DNA of 64,000 nt from Lama glama (Eukaryota). Under the pieces are notes generated by a model. It did no database searches and was not told the origin of the DNA. It was given only the letters and a program-made list of their open reading frames with translations. Shown here piece by piece: positions 26,404 through 40,392 of the stretch (its first letter is position 1; the number at the start of each line of letters is the position of its first letter). The position numbers and the translations under genes are program-made. Location of the stretch: assembly GCA_028534125.1 (NCBI GenBank), contig CM052816.1, positions 9,550,001 through 9,614,000 on the forward strand. The letters run 5' to 3'.

Positions 26404-26793
26404 TGTTCTAGTCGGCTCAGACTGCTGTAACACAATACCATAGACTGGGTGGCTTACACAAAGAGATTTATTTCTCACAGGTTTATAGGCTGGGAAATCC
26501 AAGATTGAGGTGGCAGCAACTTTGGTTCCCCATGAGAACCTGCCTCCCATTTGCATACAGACACCTTGTCACTGTCCTTACGTGGCAGAGAAGAGGGTGT
26601 GTGTGTTGGAGGACGGAGGAACTCAGTTCTTTCTTTCTCTTCTTACAAGGGCACTCAACCCGTCATGGATGCGTCACCCTCATGACCGCATCTAAACCTA
26701 ACTACCTCCCAAAGGCCCCATCTGCAAATACCATCATATTGGGGCTTTAGCATATGAATTTGGGGGAGGGATAAAAACATTCAGTTTATCACA
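26404..26793 (-). mobile_element. MLT1A-type MaLR solo LTR
   Basis: ctgctgtaacacaataccatagactgggtggctta...tttatttctcacag...cctcccaaaggccccatctgcaaataccatca...aacattcagtttatcaca. Confidence 0.8.
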
Positions 26794-27289
26794 ACTTCCT
26801 ATCCTATACCAGCTGAAGAATATTCCTTTTTCATCGTCAGACTTCCAGCTTCTTTGCCAGGGAGTTTCTGTAGGAGTGACCCCAGCCCATGATGTGACTT
26901 TTGTGCCATGATGGCTTTCTCAGTCTCCTTCCCATGAAGAGACTGAAAGCCAGAAATACATATGGCAGGGCTTTTTCCAAAAGAGGGAAGTGTGACAGGG
27001 GGAGGCACCTCCTCCCACCCCATCCCCCAGAAGGTATGACGTTGAACATAAAGAATGGAAAGCGGCATCACAAATGCAGAAATAATCCGAGTAGTGCAAC
27101 ACTCGGGGCTGCCGTGAAGATCAATGCCAACGTTCTTTGTAATCAACATAAATGCTAGGCAATGTGGGAGAGGATTGTCTCGTTCTGTAATCCATTCAGT
27201 AAATATTTCTATAGATACTGTGACATTCTGCACTCTATGTGTGGTGTTGTGAGCTATATAGCAAGTATTAAGAAGAAAAAGTACTAACA

Positions 27290-27530
27290 GTGAAAAGGGC
27301 TTGGGATTCTAGCATGCCTGGGTTTGAATCCTGGCTTTGCCTTTGCTAGCTGAGTGACCTCTGGCAAATCTTAACCTCTCTGAGTTTCAGTTTCCTCATC
27401 TGTGAAATGGAGGTATATAAAATAACAGCTCAGACATCACAGACTCATTGTTAGCATTAAATGCAATCATATTTTAAAAGTACTTAGTGCAGGGTCTGGT
27501 ACAGAGGGCTAAAAAATGTTTACTTCTTAT
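27290..27530 (+). mobile_element. MIR SINE
   Basis: cctgggtttgaatcctggctttgcc...ttaacctctctgagtttcagtttcctcatctgtgaaatgg. Confidence 0.8.
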
Positions 27531-29696
27531 AATAATAAGATACAGACTCTGCCTTCCAGGGGTGTCAGGAGGGCAGACATATGTTCAGACATCTAACATT
27601 TGTGATAATTTGTGTTCCTGTAGACAGTAAATGCTGAGGGATGGTACTGAAGGCTTCTGGAAGGAGGTGACATTGAACTGGGTCTTAAAGGGTGCATGGG
27701 ATTTGGATGTGGCAGAATGCAGGAAGTCATTGTGAACATGGAAGTCAGGGATTGTGGGCATTATGTCATCTTTGGACACTTTGACCTAGAAGCACTAGAA
27801 TGCTAACTAAAATTAACTTTAAAAATAAGGTCATTTGTCCATTTACAAGACAGGAAGCCCAGAGTTTAGTAGTTTTAGGATTGGTTAATTCAGTGATTCC
27901 ACAACATTGTGAAGGACCCAGATGCTTTCCATCTGTTCTTTTCAGCCTGTTAGTTTTCATCCTGGATAATGCTCTTGTGGTCACAAACTAGCTGCAATAG
28001 CTCCAAGCTTTGCATCCCACTCACATAACCATAACCAAAGGCTGGAAGATAAGGCAGACTCTTCTCATACTTGTCTTTTGTTGAGGAGAAAAACATTTTC
28101 CAGCAGATACCCCTAGCAGACCTTCAAGCTCTGTCAGTCAGAAGATCACAGGCCAAACCCTTAGTTGTAATACTTCTGGTGTTTCTGCGTCTACTAAGAG
28201 TCAGGCCCTGCTGCAAAGAAAGAAGAGAGTGCAGGCACATGCTTTGAAGTATATAATTCACAATGTCTAACCATAGGCTATAAGTCCGTTCATGCTTCCT
28301 AAAGAAAAACAAAAGGAGATTTATTGAAAAGATACAAAAATAGCTCATGGATCCCCAGAGGAGGAAGTTACTGCCCTTCAAGGTGACAAATAAGGAAGAG
28401 GGGTGCTCCCAGGGATTAGCTTTCTCTTCTCTTGTCTGTTACTCATTGTGTGTCAACTTTATTTTTTCTCTTTCTGGACCATTGTCTCTGCTTCTGTGAA
28501 CACATGGGTCAAACCTGGCTCCCCCAGTCATGCATTAAGACCTTGGTAGTACCTCCAGCTCCCCAGACACATATTTCCTGGAGATAGAAGCAGAGTGCTC
28601 TGCCTTTGGACTTTGCCATGGCCAGGAGATAGAGCCCCCTGCAGGGGTGGGGACCATCCCTTAGATTATGGGAGACAGAGCTGGAGAGCTCTGCCACGGA
28701 TATGTCCCACAGTGAAGAGGCACATTTAGGAGATTGTTGAGCCCATGATGGCATGGGGTGAGGTGACCAAGAAAGGAACACACTTAAAGGAAACATTCCC
28801 TATTTTGGACTAGTTATAAATACCTGTGTAAAAACAAATAGCTAGGTCATAGGGGTGGATTTTGAGCCTGTCTCTGCTGATAAAGAGAGGACCTGAGGCC
28901 AGGATCCCTTCACCCTTAACCAGGGATCTGTTTTCCAGTGACAAAAATAAGCTAGCCCAGAGTGGAACAACCAAAGACCCGAGGGAGGCTAGGAACCCTG
29001 TTCTATGAGGAATACTGAAGGACTGGAAGTGTTTCTCCTGGAGAAGAAAAGTCTCAGGAGGGCTGGGGGCTCCCTCATTCATGGCATCAGCATCCACTTA
29101 GGTCTCCAGGCTAAACTCGGACTCACTTGGACGCCCTTCTCTGTTGGTCCCCACACGGAATCAGTGATGGTGTCCTGCCCATCACTGTCTGCAAGGTCCT
29201 GCTCTCTCCTCGTACCCACTGCTACCACTTTGGCTTATGGCCTTTTCCTTCCCGAGGAACGAGCCTCCATGCTGGTCTCAGTGTCCCAGTCATCCCACCT
29301 ATTCCCCACAGAGCAGCCAGTGTCCGCTTCACTCTCCACTACCTAAAGATTCAGCCCATCCTCTTTAGCCTGGCTTTTAAGACCTTCAGTAATGCTGCCT
29401 CCACCTCCTTTAAGCCTCATCTCCCAGCACCCTCAGCCCCACCACGTAGGATATACCCACAGAGTATTCATCATTCCTTGAACAAAGCGTGTCACTCCAT
29501 GCTCTTTCCTGCCTCTGCACCTTTCCTCGCCCATGCTGTGCCTTGAATGCACTCGTTGCCCCCATGCCCAGTGCATCAGCAGGTCCCGTCGGCTCTGCCT
29601 TCAAGATATATCCTGAATCTGACTAGTTCTCAACACCTCCACTGCTACCACCGTACATCTGAGTCACCAGCATCTCTGGACACCTTGAAAATTACC

Positions 29697-30167
29697 CGTG
29701 ACAGGAAAACTAATGTCCAAAGAGGCCTACATCCTACTCCCCCAAATCTACAAATGTTTTACTTTAGACGGCAAAAGGGACTTTGTAGATGTGATTAAGC
29801 TACACATATTGACATGGGGAGATTATCCTGGATTATCTGGGTGGGCCCACTGCAATCACAGACACCCTTGTAATAAAGAGATGGGAGGGTCAGAGTCAGA
29901 GAAGACGATGTGATGATGGAAGCAGAGGTCAGAGTCATGAGGACAGGAACCAGGGAATGTGGGCGGTCTCTAGAAGCTGGAAAAGGCAAGGAATGGACTC
30001 TTCCCTTGAGCCTCTGGAAAGAATGCAGCTCTGCCCAGCACCTTGGTTTTAGGCCATTAAGGCCCATTTTGGACTTCTGCCCTCCAGAACTGTGAGATAA
30101 TAAATTTGCATTCTTTTAAGCTAAAAGTTTGTGGTAGTTTGTTATAGAAGCATTAGGAAGCTAAGAT
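29697..30167 (+). mobile_element. MLT1D-type MaLR solo LTR inserted in L2-like sequence
   Basis: ggcaaaagggactttgtagatgtgattaag...gagattatcctggattatctgggtgggccc...ctccagaactgtgagataataaattt. L2-like flanks at about 29200-29690 and 30170-30760. Confidence 0.82.
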
Positions 30168-33100
30168 AGCTCCTGATCTGCCTCTGGGCTCCCACTCCAT
30201 CCTCACCTCTGCCATTTTCTACACACCACTGGGAGAAGGTTCTTCCAAAACGTGAAGTCCTCTGCTCACTACCTTGGCTAGCTTCCCACTGCTCTTAGGA
30301 TGAGCATTCGGCCCTTAGCATGGTGAGCCTCTGCATCTTCACCGTCATCTGAGGCTGTTGCTCGCCTATTCTACCCTTGCAGGGCCCACCTGCCCCCAGG
30401 ACAGTGGACCTTCATGTTTGCTGGTCTTTTTGGCAACATCTTCCTCCTCTTTGCCTGTTTAACCCCTACCCATCTTTCAGTTCTCATCTCTGTCACTTCC
30501 TCCATCACACTACTCTGACACACTGACCTTGTCCACATCTCCTGTGGCACATTCTTATAGCACCACCAAATCCTCTCATTCCCGACACTTCTCATGGCTG
30601 TGATTTTTGCATCTAACTGGGTCTCCTGCACTCCACTGTGAACTCCACAAGGAGAGGGACTGTAGATTCTCCTCACCACCCTGTTATCTCCAGTGCATGA
30701 CACAGTGGTAGAAACTCAAAATATGTTTTAAAATAAGTAAGTGTCTGAATGAATAAATGCCTAGGATCTGAAAATCTCATTTCTCCCTGAATATCAAAGA
30801 AACACCCCATGTGAGATCTTTGTTTGCAGGTGATGGGACCCTGGCTTTCATAAAACTCTGCCTTAGGGCTGAATCTCTAAACCTATGCACCTTGCATTTT
30901 AATAATTAAAACATCTTCTTTCAAACACCCCCATGTGAGCACTGCCGTGCGGGGGAGGGCCAGGGTGATGTGTAATAAAGTCTAATCATTTCCTTATAAT
31001 CCTAAACTGGGCAGGCAAAGGGGGCTATTATAACACAACTAATTACTGCATCTAGGCTGCTCTAAGTGCGATGCTAATTGCTCAGTGAATGAATTGTTGA
31101 CTCAGGTAATTACCAGAGCAAATGGGGCTTCCATCATGTTTGAGTAACTTAATGCAAAGCAGAAAAGCAACCAGTCTTGAAGGGGGTTGCCTCCTGCCTT
31201 GCTGTTGCTTGGAAAACAGCAGTTGGGTTTTTTCATCTGGACTTGGAACTGCCCAGGTACACCCACACATCCAGAGTCTGCTCTCCACCAGCGCAGCTGT
31301 AAGATTGCAAGTGAGATCTTATACCAAACAGAGTCAGGAGGGTTTTGCCACTCCGAACAGATGACCGCCTCCCACCTCCACCTCTCTGGGGCTGTTTCTT
31401 TATCTGTAAAGCCATCTTGAAGGTTTCTTTCAGCCCTATGGTCAATGGCTAAGTGAACAAATATTTGATCAATTATTAAAGAACGGATTTCTGCACTGAG
31501 TCAGCAGTCAAGTACTGGGTTCACGTCTTACCTCTATTGTCAAGTGGCAACAGTTCCAATAAACATTTATGGAGTGCTTACTAGCCAACTGGCAGGATTC
31601 TAATAAGCATTTTATGTATGTTATCTCACTGAAGGCCCACAACCACCCAGAACGTTTGGAATAATTCACAGAGCTAGAACGTGCCAGAGGCAGGATTTAA
31701 CCCAGGCATTCTGGCTCAAAAGCCGATGTTCTTAACCATTCCATACACAGCTACTTCTCTGACCCTGGGAAAGTCACATTTTTTTCACCTTGGTTTTCTT
31801 CCGGGTGAAAATTCCTGCACCCACTGCATGTCCAGCCCTTTGCTAAGCTCTTTTTAGATGTTAATTTTATCATCACATCACGACCAAGCTGTGAGGTAGG
31901 TGGCACTAATCTACTTGGTTAGGTCACGCAACTAGTAAATGGTGGAGTCAGGATCTGAATGCTGTTCTGTTTGCCTGCAGTATTGAGTACTTTCATGCAC
32001 CCTTGTTAGAGAAACGCTGCAAAAAGTCAGCCACTCTCACTGCAACATCAGGTAGGCCTGAATGCAATTCGAGCCCTGAATTCACAAGGCAGTTTGAGTT
32101 CATAAGGGGGCTGCTAAATCATCCCAAATCTGCTCAGATTGTTTATTTACTATCAAAGTGAAATTACCAAATTAAAAGTATATCTCATGAGATTTGGGGA
32201 AAACCTCTGCAGGCCAGACTCAATGTGAGACACGCTGTCCTCTACCAGAGCCCTGCCAAGGAAATCTCAGACTGGTTCCTACCTTCTGCGTCACCCACCA
32301 AAGTTGTAGCTGAAAACATGCCCGTCTGCTTACTCCCATCTCTAATGAGAGCTGCTGCCTTTCCACTGCACTCTGGATAAAGGGAGCCTCCACTTTTTAT
32401 TCCCAAACAGCTCACCCATTGGCACATGAGGAGTACTCAGGAGAGATGTGTTAAAGGCTGCTGGAGAGGTGTGCCTGACTCCATAGTCGTGTGTCTTCTT
32501 ATGTGATCAGAAATGTAAAAAATGTCCCTCAACCAGGACACCCTCTTCATGTGGACTTGGTATGAGAGAAGGTGCCACTGATTGCCCGTGAAAGTGGCCA
32601 TGAGCAGGGCAAAGGTACAGGAGTCTGTCTGGAGGTTCAAAGTGTGGGCATCGTGGACACTGTGACCTTACATAAATTGCTTGACTTCTCTGAGCTTCAA
32701 TTTTCTTGTCTGTAAGGTAGTTCTCAGCATAGTAGCTCCCACTTTGGGTTGTGAAAGTAAATGATGTAAGTGAAATCATGTATGTCATTACTAAAAGGCG
32801 TGCCTGGCAAATATCCTCATTCCTCAATAAAATGATCTGTGTATGATTTCTTATTATTAGTAGTAATAGTTTCTCCTGCACAAGCATCCACTTCAGAGAT
32901 ATCCCTGCACTTCAGATACTGGAGCACATCCCTATTTCACAGTTCTGAGTTCTGTTTTGAAGACTTGTATTTAAGTCATTAAGCAATACGGCTTAGGAGT
33001 AAGAGCCGTGGGTGGGAGTCTGGCTGTGGTCCTGCCAGGCTCTGCCACTCACTCACCGTGATGCTCAGTGCTCAGGCAGCTGCTCTGAGCCTCACTTTCC

Positions 33101-34641
33101 TCCTCCATTTGATATTGGTCTTATCACTTACTTTTCCTGGCCTGCAGAGCTACTTATAAGTAATGTCAAGGATGGGGAAATCAATTAGTGCTGCTTTAGT
33201 ATGCATGCTTGCCGAAAGAGGGCTTGTGATTCTGATAAGGGAGAAGGCAAGCTCTGGGGGCCCTCTCATCTTGGGTTCTTTCAGGTTTTACCTAGAAAGG
33301 AAATAAAGGAGGAAAATATTTTTAAACAGTAAACTGCTGTGCTTATATTATTACCGTCATTATCATGTACTCATAACTAAATGAGGTATTGAGGAAAAGA
33401 AGAAAATAGAATAATTTTCGTTGCAATATTTTGAGATTCTGGTCTTTGCAGACGCTGTGATAGTGTTTTCCGTACTTGATGTTACTTGGTCCACACACCA
33501 ATACTGTGAATTAGGTATTGTCACTCTCCGTTACACTGGAGGAAAGTGAGGCATAGAGAGATTAAATGACTTGTGAAATACCACGGAGCTGGTGAGTGGT
33601 CTGGGGACTAGGTCTGTCTCACTCAAGTCGTGGTTTAGGTCACTGTTGTTGCTTCACACAGCCTCGAGTTGGTGAGACAAGGCAGGGGAAATGCAGAGAA
33701 CAGTTGTGAAGTCTAAACCTGCTGGGACGAAGTGAAACAGCAAACTACTCTTTCACCTGGATTGTGGCTGCAACTTCCTAGCCGTTCTCCCTGTGCACAC
33801 CCCACCTCCATTCCACCTGCTCTCAGTAGGGCAGCCAGAGAGAGCCTGCTAAGAGGTCACTCAGATCACGGCAGGGCACTGCTCAGGCCCCTCCGTGATC
33901 CCCTCACGTGTAGTCAGTCAGAGCCTTACAGGGATCTGCATGCCTTGCCCCCTTCACCCCTCCACTCTGGCCCCAGCTAACTCACTCGACTCAGCTCTCA
34001 ACTCCTTCCACTCCTCCCTCATTCCTTCTGCCTCGGTCCCCAGCATCCGTGCTTTCCTTCAGACATTCCAGACAGGATCTAGCCTCAGGACCTTTGCACT
34101 TTTTCTCTCTACCTAGAACATTCTTCTCCCAGATATGCATATGGCTCCCTTCTTCGTTACATCTCATAGGGCTCAGTCAGAAGGCAGAAACTACACCAGC
34201 TGTTTCAATAATATTTTAATCTGAAAGATCGTTAACTAGGCACATCATTGTTAACTACTGAAAAGGAATAGAAGAACATTCTAAGGTATCATGGAGGTAG
34301 CAACCGCAGGGAGCACCTGCTGCCTCTAGGGCCAAGTGAAAACAGCTGGGATGCTGACCTCCCTGAGGCCTTTATTCACATGTCTCACCAGGACCTTCCC
34401 CAGCCCCCTAATGAAGGCTGTGTGATCCGACCCTTCCTATACCACTTCCCACTTTCTTCTCCTCAGCACTCACCAGCAGGTGCTCATGGTTCTTCAAGTC
34501 CTATCCCCTCTGCTCGGCTCCATCTCAGCAGCACCTTCGGTGGACAGTTCTGTGAGAAGGCAGACTCATGCCCTTTGCTTGGTCTGTGTTCCTCAGCTGA
34601 CACCTGCTTCTAGCCAGCCAGGAGGATTTTTTATCCTAGAT

Positions 34642-34821
34642 CAGGGTTTCTCAGTCTTGGCACCGTGGACATTTTGGGCCAGATAATTCTTTGATGTGGG
34701 AGTCTGTGCTGTGCATTAAACAATGTTTAGCAGCATCCTTCGTCTCTACCCACTAGATGCCAGCTGCATAGCCCTACTATGACAACCAAAATACCTCCGA
34801 ATTGTCTGTTGAGACCCACTG
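34642..34821 (-). mobile_element. MER20 hAT DNA transposon
   Basis: cagggtttctcagtcttggcacc...ggacattttgggccagataattcttt...ctctacccactagatgccag...ttgagacccactg. Confidence 0.8.
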
Positions 34822-35954
34822 TTCTAAAGTTATACGTGGTCCAGAGGCTGTGTGCAAACCCCTTAAGCACATGGGTGTTGGCATCAGATAGATTGGGTTT
34901 GACTTACTGTATCTTCATGTATTACCTGTTCTCCTTTGAGCAAGTCACTGAAGCTATGTGTCATTTTACACAAATGAAGAATGAACATAAGACTACCTCA
35001 TGGGGCTGTTGTGCAGACTAAATAAGGTAATGCATGGAGAGGGTTTAGTCCAGTACCTGGTACACACCAACCAGTCAACATAGGTAAGCAATAAATTATT
35101 ATGATTTGAAGAAAGCATTCTCATAATTCTTGAAAAACCACCAAGTTGGTTGTCAACGTATGGTACCAAGTAACTGGTATGTGTTTGTTTATTTGTTTTA
35201 CTGAATGGGCTTGATGCTCGCCTCAGGTATGAGAGGTAATAGTGCTCCTAAACTCTGCAGAAATGTCATGAGAATAACTGCCAGATGCTGGAAACTGAGT
35301 TACTGACAAGAGCCACTTGCAATTGAGATTGATTTAAATGCAATTAACGTATTGAGCGCAACTGTGGGATACTGCAGAAAAATAATAAACACTTGTCAAG
35401 TAGTAAGTTTCACTCTGATGCTTAGAGTCGACTTGCTTCAGATTCATCTAATTGATTTATTGTTCCAAATGTCATCAAAGGGAATGCAACTAACAAATGT
35501 AGCTACACTGTCTTTCAGGCTCTGAGTGGTTTACTGATCTCAGTTAGCACACTGATATTGCTGAACCCAGAACCATCCCTGGCAGGGAACTTAGCATATT
35601 TAGATACAGCTTGAGGTGGTACATAGGGTCCATTTTGATGAGCAGCACAAGAGCCCCAGGCTTTGTTGCAGGGAAAGAAGTGTGTGTTCCAGTCCTAGGT
35701 CTGCCCCTTACTATTTCTTTACCCCTGGTCCTGTCCTTTCCTTCAGGCTTTCAGTTCCTCACCTTTAAAATGAGCAGTTCAGGTGCCATTCTTTGGGCTG
35801 TCCTGTTGATGAAGTACCACCCATGCCCAGCGCCACCTCGCCATGCTCCCAGAAGCTTGCAGCCCAAAAGAAGTCGGGAGTGGTGGGAGTGGTCTCTTTG
35901 ATGCATTTGAAGGATGCCTGTCAAATTCTCAAGCTTTCTTTCTTTCCTCCCTAG

Positions 35955-36042
35955 ATACACAGTTCTGCACAGTGGACATCACCAGGAACTCGAGAAACTG
36001 CCCATACAGAATGACCCAGAATCCCTGGAATCATGCTTCTGA
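35955..36042 (+). CDS. HTR4: 5-HT4 receptor alternative terminal coding exon a (5-HT4a C-tail, PDZ ligand SCF)
   Basis: Acceptor ctttcttctttcctccctAG, then (R)YTVLHSGHHQELEKLPIQNDPESLESCF* with TGA at 36040-36042. This matches recalled human RYTVLHRGHHQELEKLPIHNDPESLESCF. Confidence 0.95.
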
Positions 36043-36837
36043 TTGAGGACGTGGCTGACAACTAAGCCATTCATTCCCATTCATGTCTGCATGAACAGGA
36101 CACCCCGGCATGTCTCCTGACCCTCATCACCACCAGAGAGGCACGAGGCAGTGGGGCCGAGAACCCAGGGAAGGTACCTGGATGACAGGGTTGGACAGGA
36201 CCCAAGGCCAGAGCATGCAGAATCTCAGAGTTGAGAAGGGACTTCAGACAACATCAGATCCAGGCTCCCACTCAATGCAGGAGCAGCTTCCTCCATCGCA
36301 TCCCTGGAAGCTAGTCAGTCTCTGCGTGTACACCTCCAGAGACAGGGTGCACCATCTCCCAATGCAGTTCCTTCTGATGTGGAGAAGCTTTAGTTGTGAG
36401 GAAGCTCTTTCCTTTGTTGGAACACAAACTTCTCTCTGCTCCATTTTCTATCTGGGGCCAAGCAGTTGGCCCATTCTTCCACTGAGAACTCTTAAATATT
36501 GGAAGACAGTGATCTGCCACTCACCTACCTACCCTTTTAAGTCTTCTCTCTGAACTCAACAGCTCCAGTTTCCTCTCCATTCTGGCCATCTTTTCTGGAC
36601 ATGCATTGGTGGGTGAATTAATCAAGGCTCTTTCAATGAAGTTAGATTGCTATCAGTGCCAGGATATCTGTCCAGAAACACTGAATTATAAGTGAAGCAT
36701 CAACAGTTTTTGATTTATAGACATGAACATTTTTCTTTTCTTTTTCTCCTGGGGATGACCTTTAGAAAGTCTGGGTCTGCTTAGGTCTTGATTTTGGATC
36801 CATTGCCAAAAGGCATCTTTATAGCCGGTCTGGGGGG

Positions 36838-36896
36838 TGTGTGTGTGTGTCTGTGTATGTGTGTGTGTGTATGTGTCTGTGTCTGTGTCTGTGTGT

Positions 36897-36944
<48 letters not shown>
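36838..36944. repeat. Interrupted (TG)n microsatellite
   Basis: TG run with TC/TA interruptions, ending in about 21 pure units. Confidence 0.97.
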
Positions 36945-36946
<2 letters not shown>

Positions 36947-37586
36947 AAAGATGGCATTTCCTCATTGGCATCCTGGCTGTGAGGTCATTTGAAATAAGTC
37001 TTGATTAATTCCCCTTCCATGACAGTGGGAAAAGGACCTACACCTTTACTGAGAATAGTCCTGCCACTCAGATTTTGGGAGGTAAACTCAGTTGCTCCTA
37101 TAAGACACTTTTTAGAGGCTTTAAAGCCCCCGTGCTGAAGCAGTGCCTGGTCTTAAGCAGGGAAATTTGCTCCTTTGGGCAAACACATACCCACAGACCA
37201 ACTTACTTTACTGGGAAACTTCATTGGCCTCCTTCCTGTGAAGCTCCTGGGCTACCATTTTCCTATATTTTTTTCCAGTATCTCACTTCCTCCAAGCTCC
37301 TAAGGAGATGCTCCCCAGATGTCAAAGCTACCACCAAATGACTTTATGTTGGGGTGAGTTATCTCCTCTGGTTGAGACTCTGAGGTTTTTCAGTTGCCTT
37401 TCTTTTTGCTGCTGATAAAAACCCTAACTGAGAGAGCTGGTTGCTGGTCCTTATAGGGAAGCTTAGAGAACAGGCAACCTGGGGGCTGTTTGGTGCGTAT
37501 GTAACATGCACTACAAGATAAAGATGCCCCAGGAGTGTCTAACCTCATCAGTTTTCCTTGTCCTTCTACTTGGTCTCTTGGCCCTG

Positions 37587-38086
37587 NNNNNNNNNNNNNN
37601 NNNNNNNNNNNNNNNNNNNNNNNNNNNNNNNNNNNNNNNNNNNNNNNNNNNNNNNNNNNNNNNNNNNNNNNNNNNNNNNNNNNNNNNNNNNNNNNNNNNN
37701 NNNNNNNNNNNNNNNNNNNNNNNNNNNNNNNNNNNNNNNNNNNNNNNNNNNNNNNNNNNNNNNNNNNNNNNNNNNNNNNNNNNNNNNNNNNNNNNNNNNN
37801 NNNNNNNNNNNNNNNNNNNNNNNNNNNNNNNNNNNNNNNNNNNNNNNNNNNNNNNNNNNNNNNNNNNNNNNNNNNNNNNNNNNNNNNNNNNNNNNNNNNN
37901 NNNNNNNNNNNNNNNNNNNNNNNNNNNNNNNNNNNNNNNNNNNNNNNNNNNNNNNNNNNNNNNNNNNNNNNNNNNNNNNNNNNNNNNNNNNNNNNNNNNN
38001 NNNNNNNNNNNNNNNNNNNNNNNNNNNNNNNNNNNNNNNNNNNNNNNNNNNNNNNNNNNNNNNNNNNNNNNNNNNNNNNNNNNNNN
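37587..38086. other. Assembly gap (500 N)
   Basis: Run of exactly 500 n, probably a placeholder size. Confidence 0.99.
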
Positions 38087-38833
38087 AGCCGTAATTTGCA
38101 ATCTCTTTTCCATCCAACCTAGAAAACTGAGGCTGAATATTTGGTTTGAATTTAAACAAATCAGGGACGGATTTGAAGGCCTGAGTTTGGGACAACGTGT
38201 CACTTTGGGGCTTAACCAGGACTTGACTCCCTTTTCTCATCTACAAAATGAAGAAAATCTCTGAGCTGGTAGGATCGTTGAGTGTTCCAACATGTGTCAC
38301 CCAAGGATTTATACCTAATATGTATCCTGCTTGTACTGTTATTTACTTTTTTAATTTAAGTCAATTTAAGTTTTCATTTACATAAATTTATTTTAGAAAG
38401 AAATATTATGTCAGTACACCAAATGGAAAATCGGTATTACTCACCATAAGTAGGAAGCAGCCATAGAGAGAAATTAATGAAAACAGAGCAAGGTTATTAA
38501 ATTCTAACTGGGAGCCAGTGCACAGAGCCTGCCCTCTGCTTCCACGTTTAAAAGGTAGACGTGAGCGTTGGAGGGCTGTTAGGCACCCGCCTCCCACGAG
38601 GGGCTCTTTAAGCTAGGGCGGGTTGAAAGAGAATTTACCAGAGATGAACTTCCAACCTTGACGAGTTGATGGGATTTAATGAAAGGCTGCATTCCACACA
38701 TTTTGGCAACAGAGAGAGAAGAAAAGTGAAACTGCTTATATTTCTAACTCCTATATTTATATTATATTCAGTTTAGACTAGGTCTCTCCTTTCTCTTTCC
38801 TTTTTTTCCAGCTCACCCCAGCACATGTCTTAG

Positions 38834-38839
38834 TAATAA

Positions 38840-38881
<42 letters not shown>

Positions 38882-38914
38882 TATAATAATAATGACAATG
38901 ATAATAATAATAAT
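38834..38914. repeat. (AAT)n microsatellite at the tail of a minus-strand MIR (about 38930-39170)
   Basis: Run read directly. It adjoins agctaatatttaacgagctcc...ctaggcactgtggtaaatactttacatgg. Confidence 0.9.
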
Positions 38915-39917
38915 ATGTAGCAATAATAAGAAAAGCTAATATTTAACGAGCTCCTTTCTGCTAGGCACTGTGGTAAATACTTTACATGGATTATCTTGTT
39001 TAATCCGCATAAAGTCCTTAGAAGATAAGTACTAGAACTGCCCCTGCTTCCCAGATGAGCTGTCTCCGCTGAGGTATCTAGAGACTAGCGCGAGGAAACA
39101 GACCCGGCAAGTGTGGATTTGGAAGGGAAACGCCAGCAGCCTGACTGTAACGCCCAAGGTCTTCAGTGCGTACAACTCTCTTCCTCATTGGGATTAATTT
39201 ACTCCACATTCCCGTGGTTGACCCAGTTCGAGGAGAGAGTACTGAACAAGCCAAGGCTGGCCCCTGTCCTCCTGCTGCCTGAGATGCTCCCTTCCAGTCA
39301 GCCTGGGACCCGGGGAGGAACTTGGGACATGCCTACTCCAGACTGAAACTCTGCCACTCACGTGCTCTGCCTTCTTCTGCTGCCTTCCACTCTCTGAGCT
39401 TCAGTTTCCATCTTTACACAATGCGGGGGTTCAGGTAGATGATTGATCAGGAAGAAAGGCCCTTCCACACTGATCTTTTGTAGACTGCCCAAAATTCAGC
39501 GCCCTGAATAACCAGCAAAAGACCCTGAGAATCAGGTGTGTGAGACAAAGAAAGGATTAGTCTTTTGTGTCCCGTACTGTCCCTGGGGCTGCCCACACCA
39601 GGAGTGGCCTCAGTGGAAGGCAATTTGATTTCTCCACATTGTTAGTTGAAACTTGGAACAGTATGTGGATGTACGTACGTCCCATCAGCTCAGCACTGCA
39701 GGCACTGCATAGTTTCTCTGCACTTTCACAGCATGATCTCTGAGCCTCTCACAGCAGCTTGTAGGGAGAGCTTATTGACTTCATTTTATAGAAAAAGAAA
39801 CAGACTTTGCCCAAGAACACAGAGCTTATATGGGGTGGGGCAGAAGTCAGGACTGAAAACACTTCAAGTCACTCCATCCTAACGGAGTGCTTTCTTCTTG
39901 TTGTTAACATATTTCTA

Positions 39918-40392
39918 TTTTATTTTTTGAGTTTAATCTTTTTTTTTATTGAGTTATAGTCAGTTTACAATGTTGTGTCAGTTTCCAGTATAGGGCACAA
40001 TTTTTCAGTTATACATGAACATACATATATTCATTGTCACATTCTTTTTCACTGTGAGCTACCACAAGATCTTGTATATATTTCCCTGAGCTATACAGTA
40101 TAATCTTGTTTATCTATTCTACATATGCCTGTCAGTGTCTACAAATTTCGAACTCCCAGTCTGCCCCTTCCCACCCCTCTCCCCTCTGGCAACCACAAGT
40201 TTGTATTCTATGTCTATGAGTCTGTTTCTGTTTTGTATTTATGTCCTTTTTTTTTTTTTGATTCCACATATGAGCGATTTCATATGGTATTTATCTTTCT
40301 CTTTCTGGCTTACTTCACTTAGAATGATATTCTCCAGGGACATTCATGGTGCTGCAAATGGCATTATGTTGTCATTTTTTATGGCTGAATAG
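39918..40392 (-). mobile_element. 5'-truncated camelid-type L1 3' end
   Basis: T-rich tail, then tatagtcagtttacaatgttgtgtc...ggcaaccacaagtttgtattctatgtctatgagtctg...ggcttacttcacttagaatga. Short candidate TSD tatttct at 39910 and 40393. Confidence 0.8.

Noticed and set aside
37506..38264. Five long ORFs of 178-252 aa
   Set aside because: Artefacts of translating through the 500-N gap.
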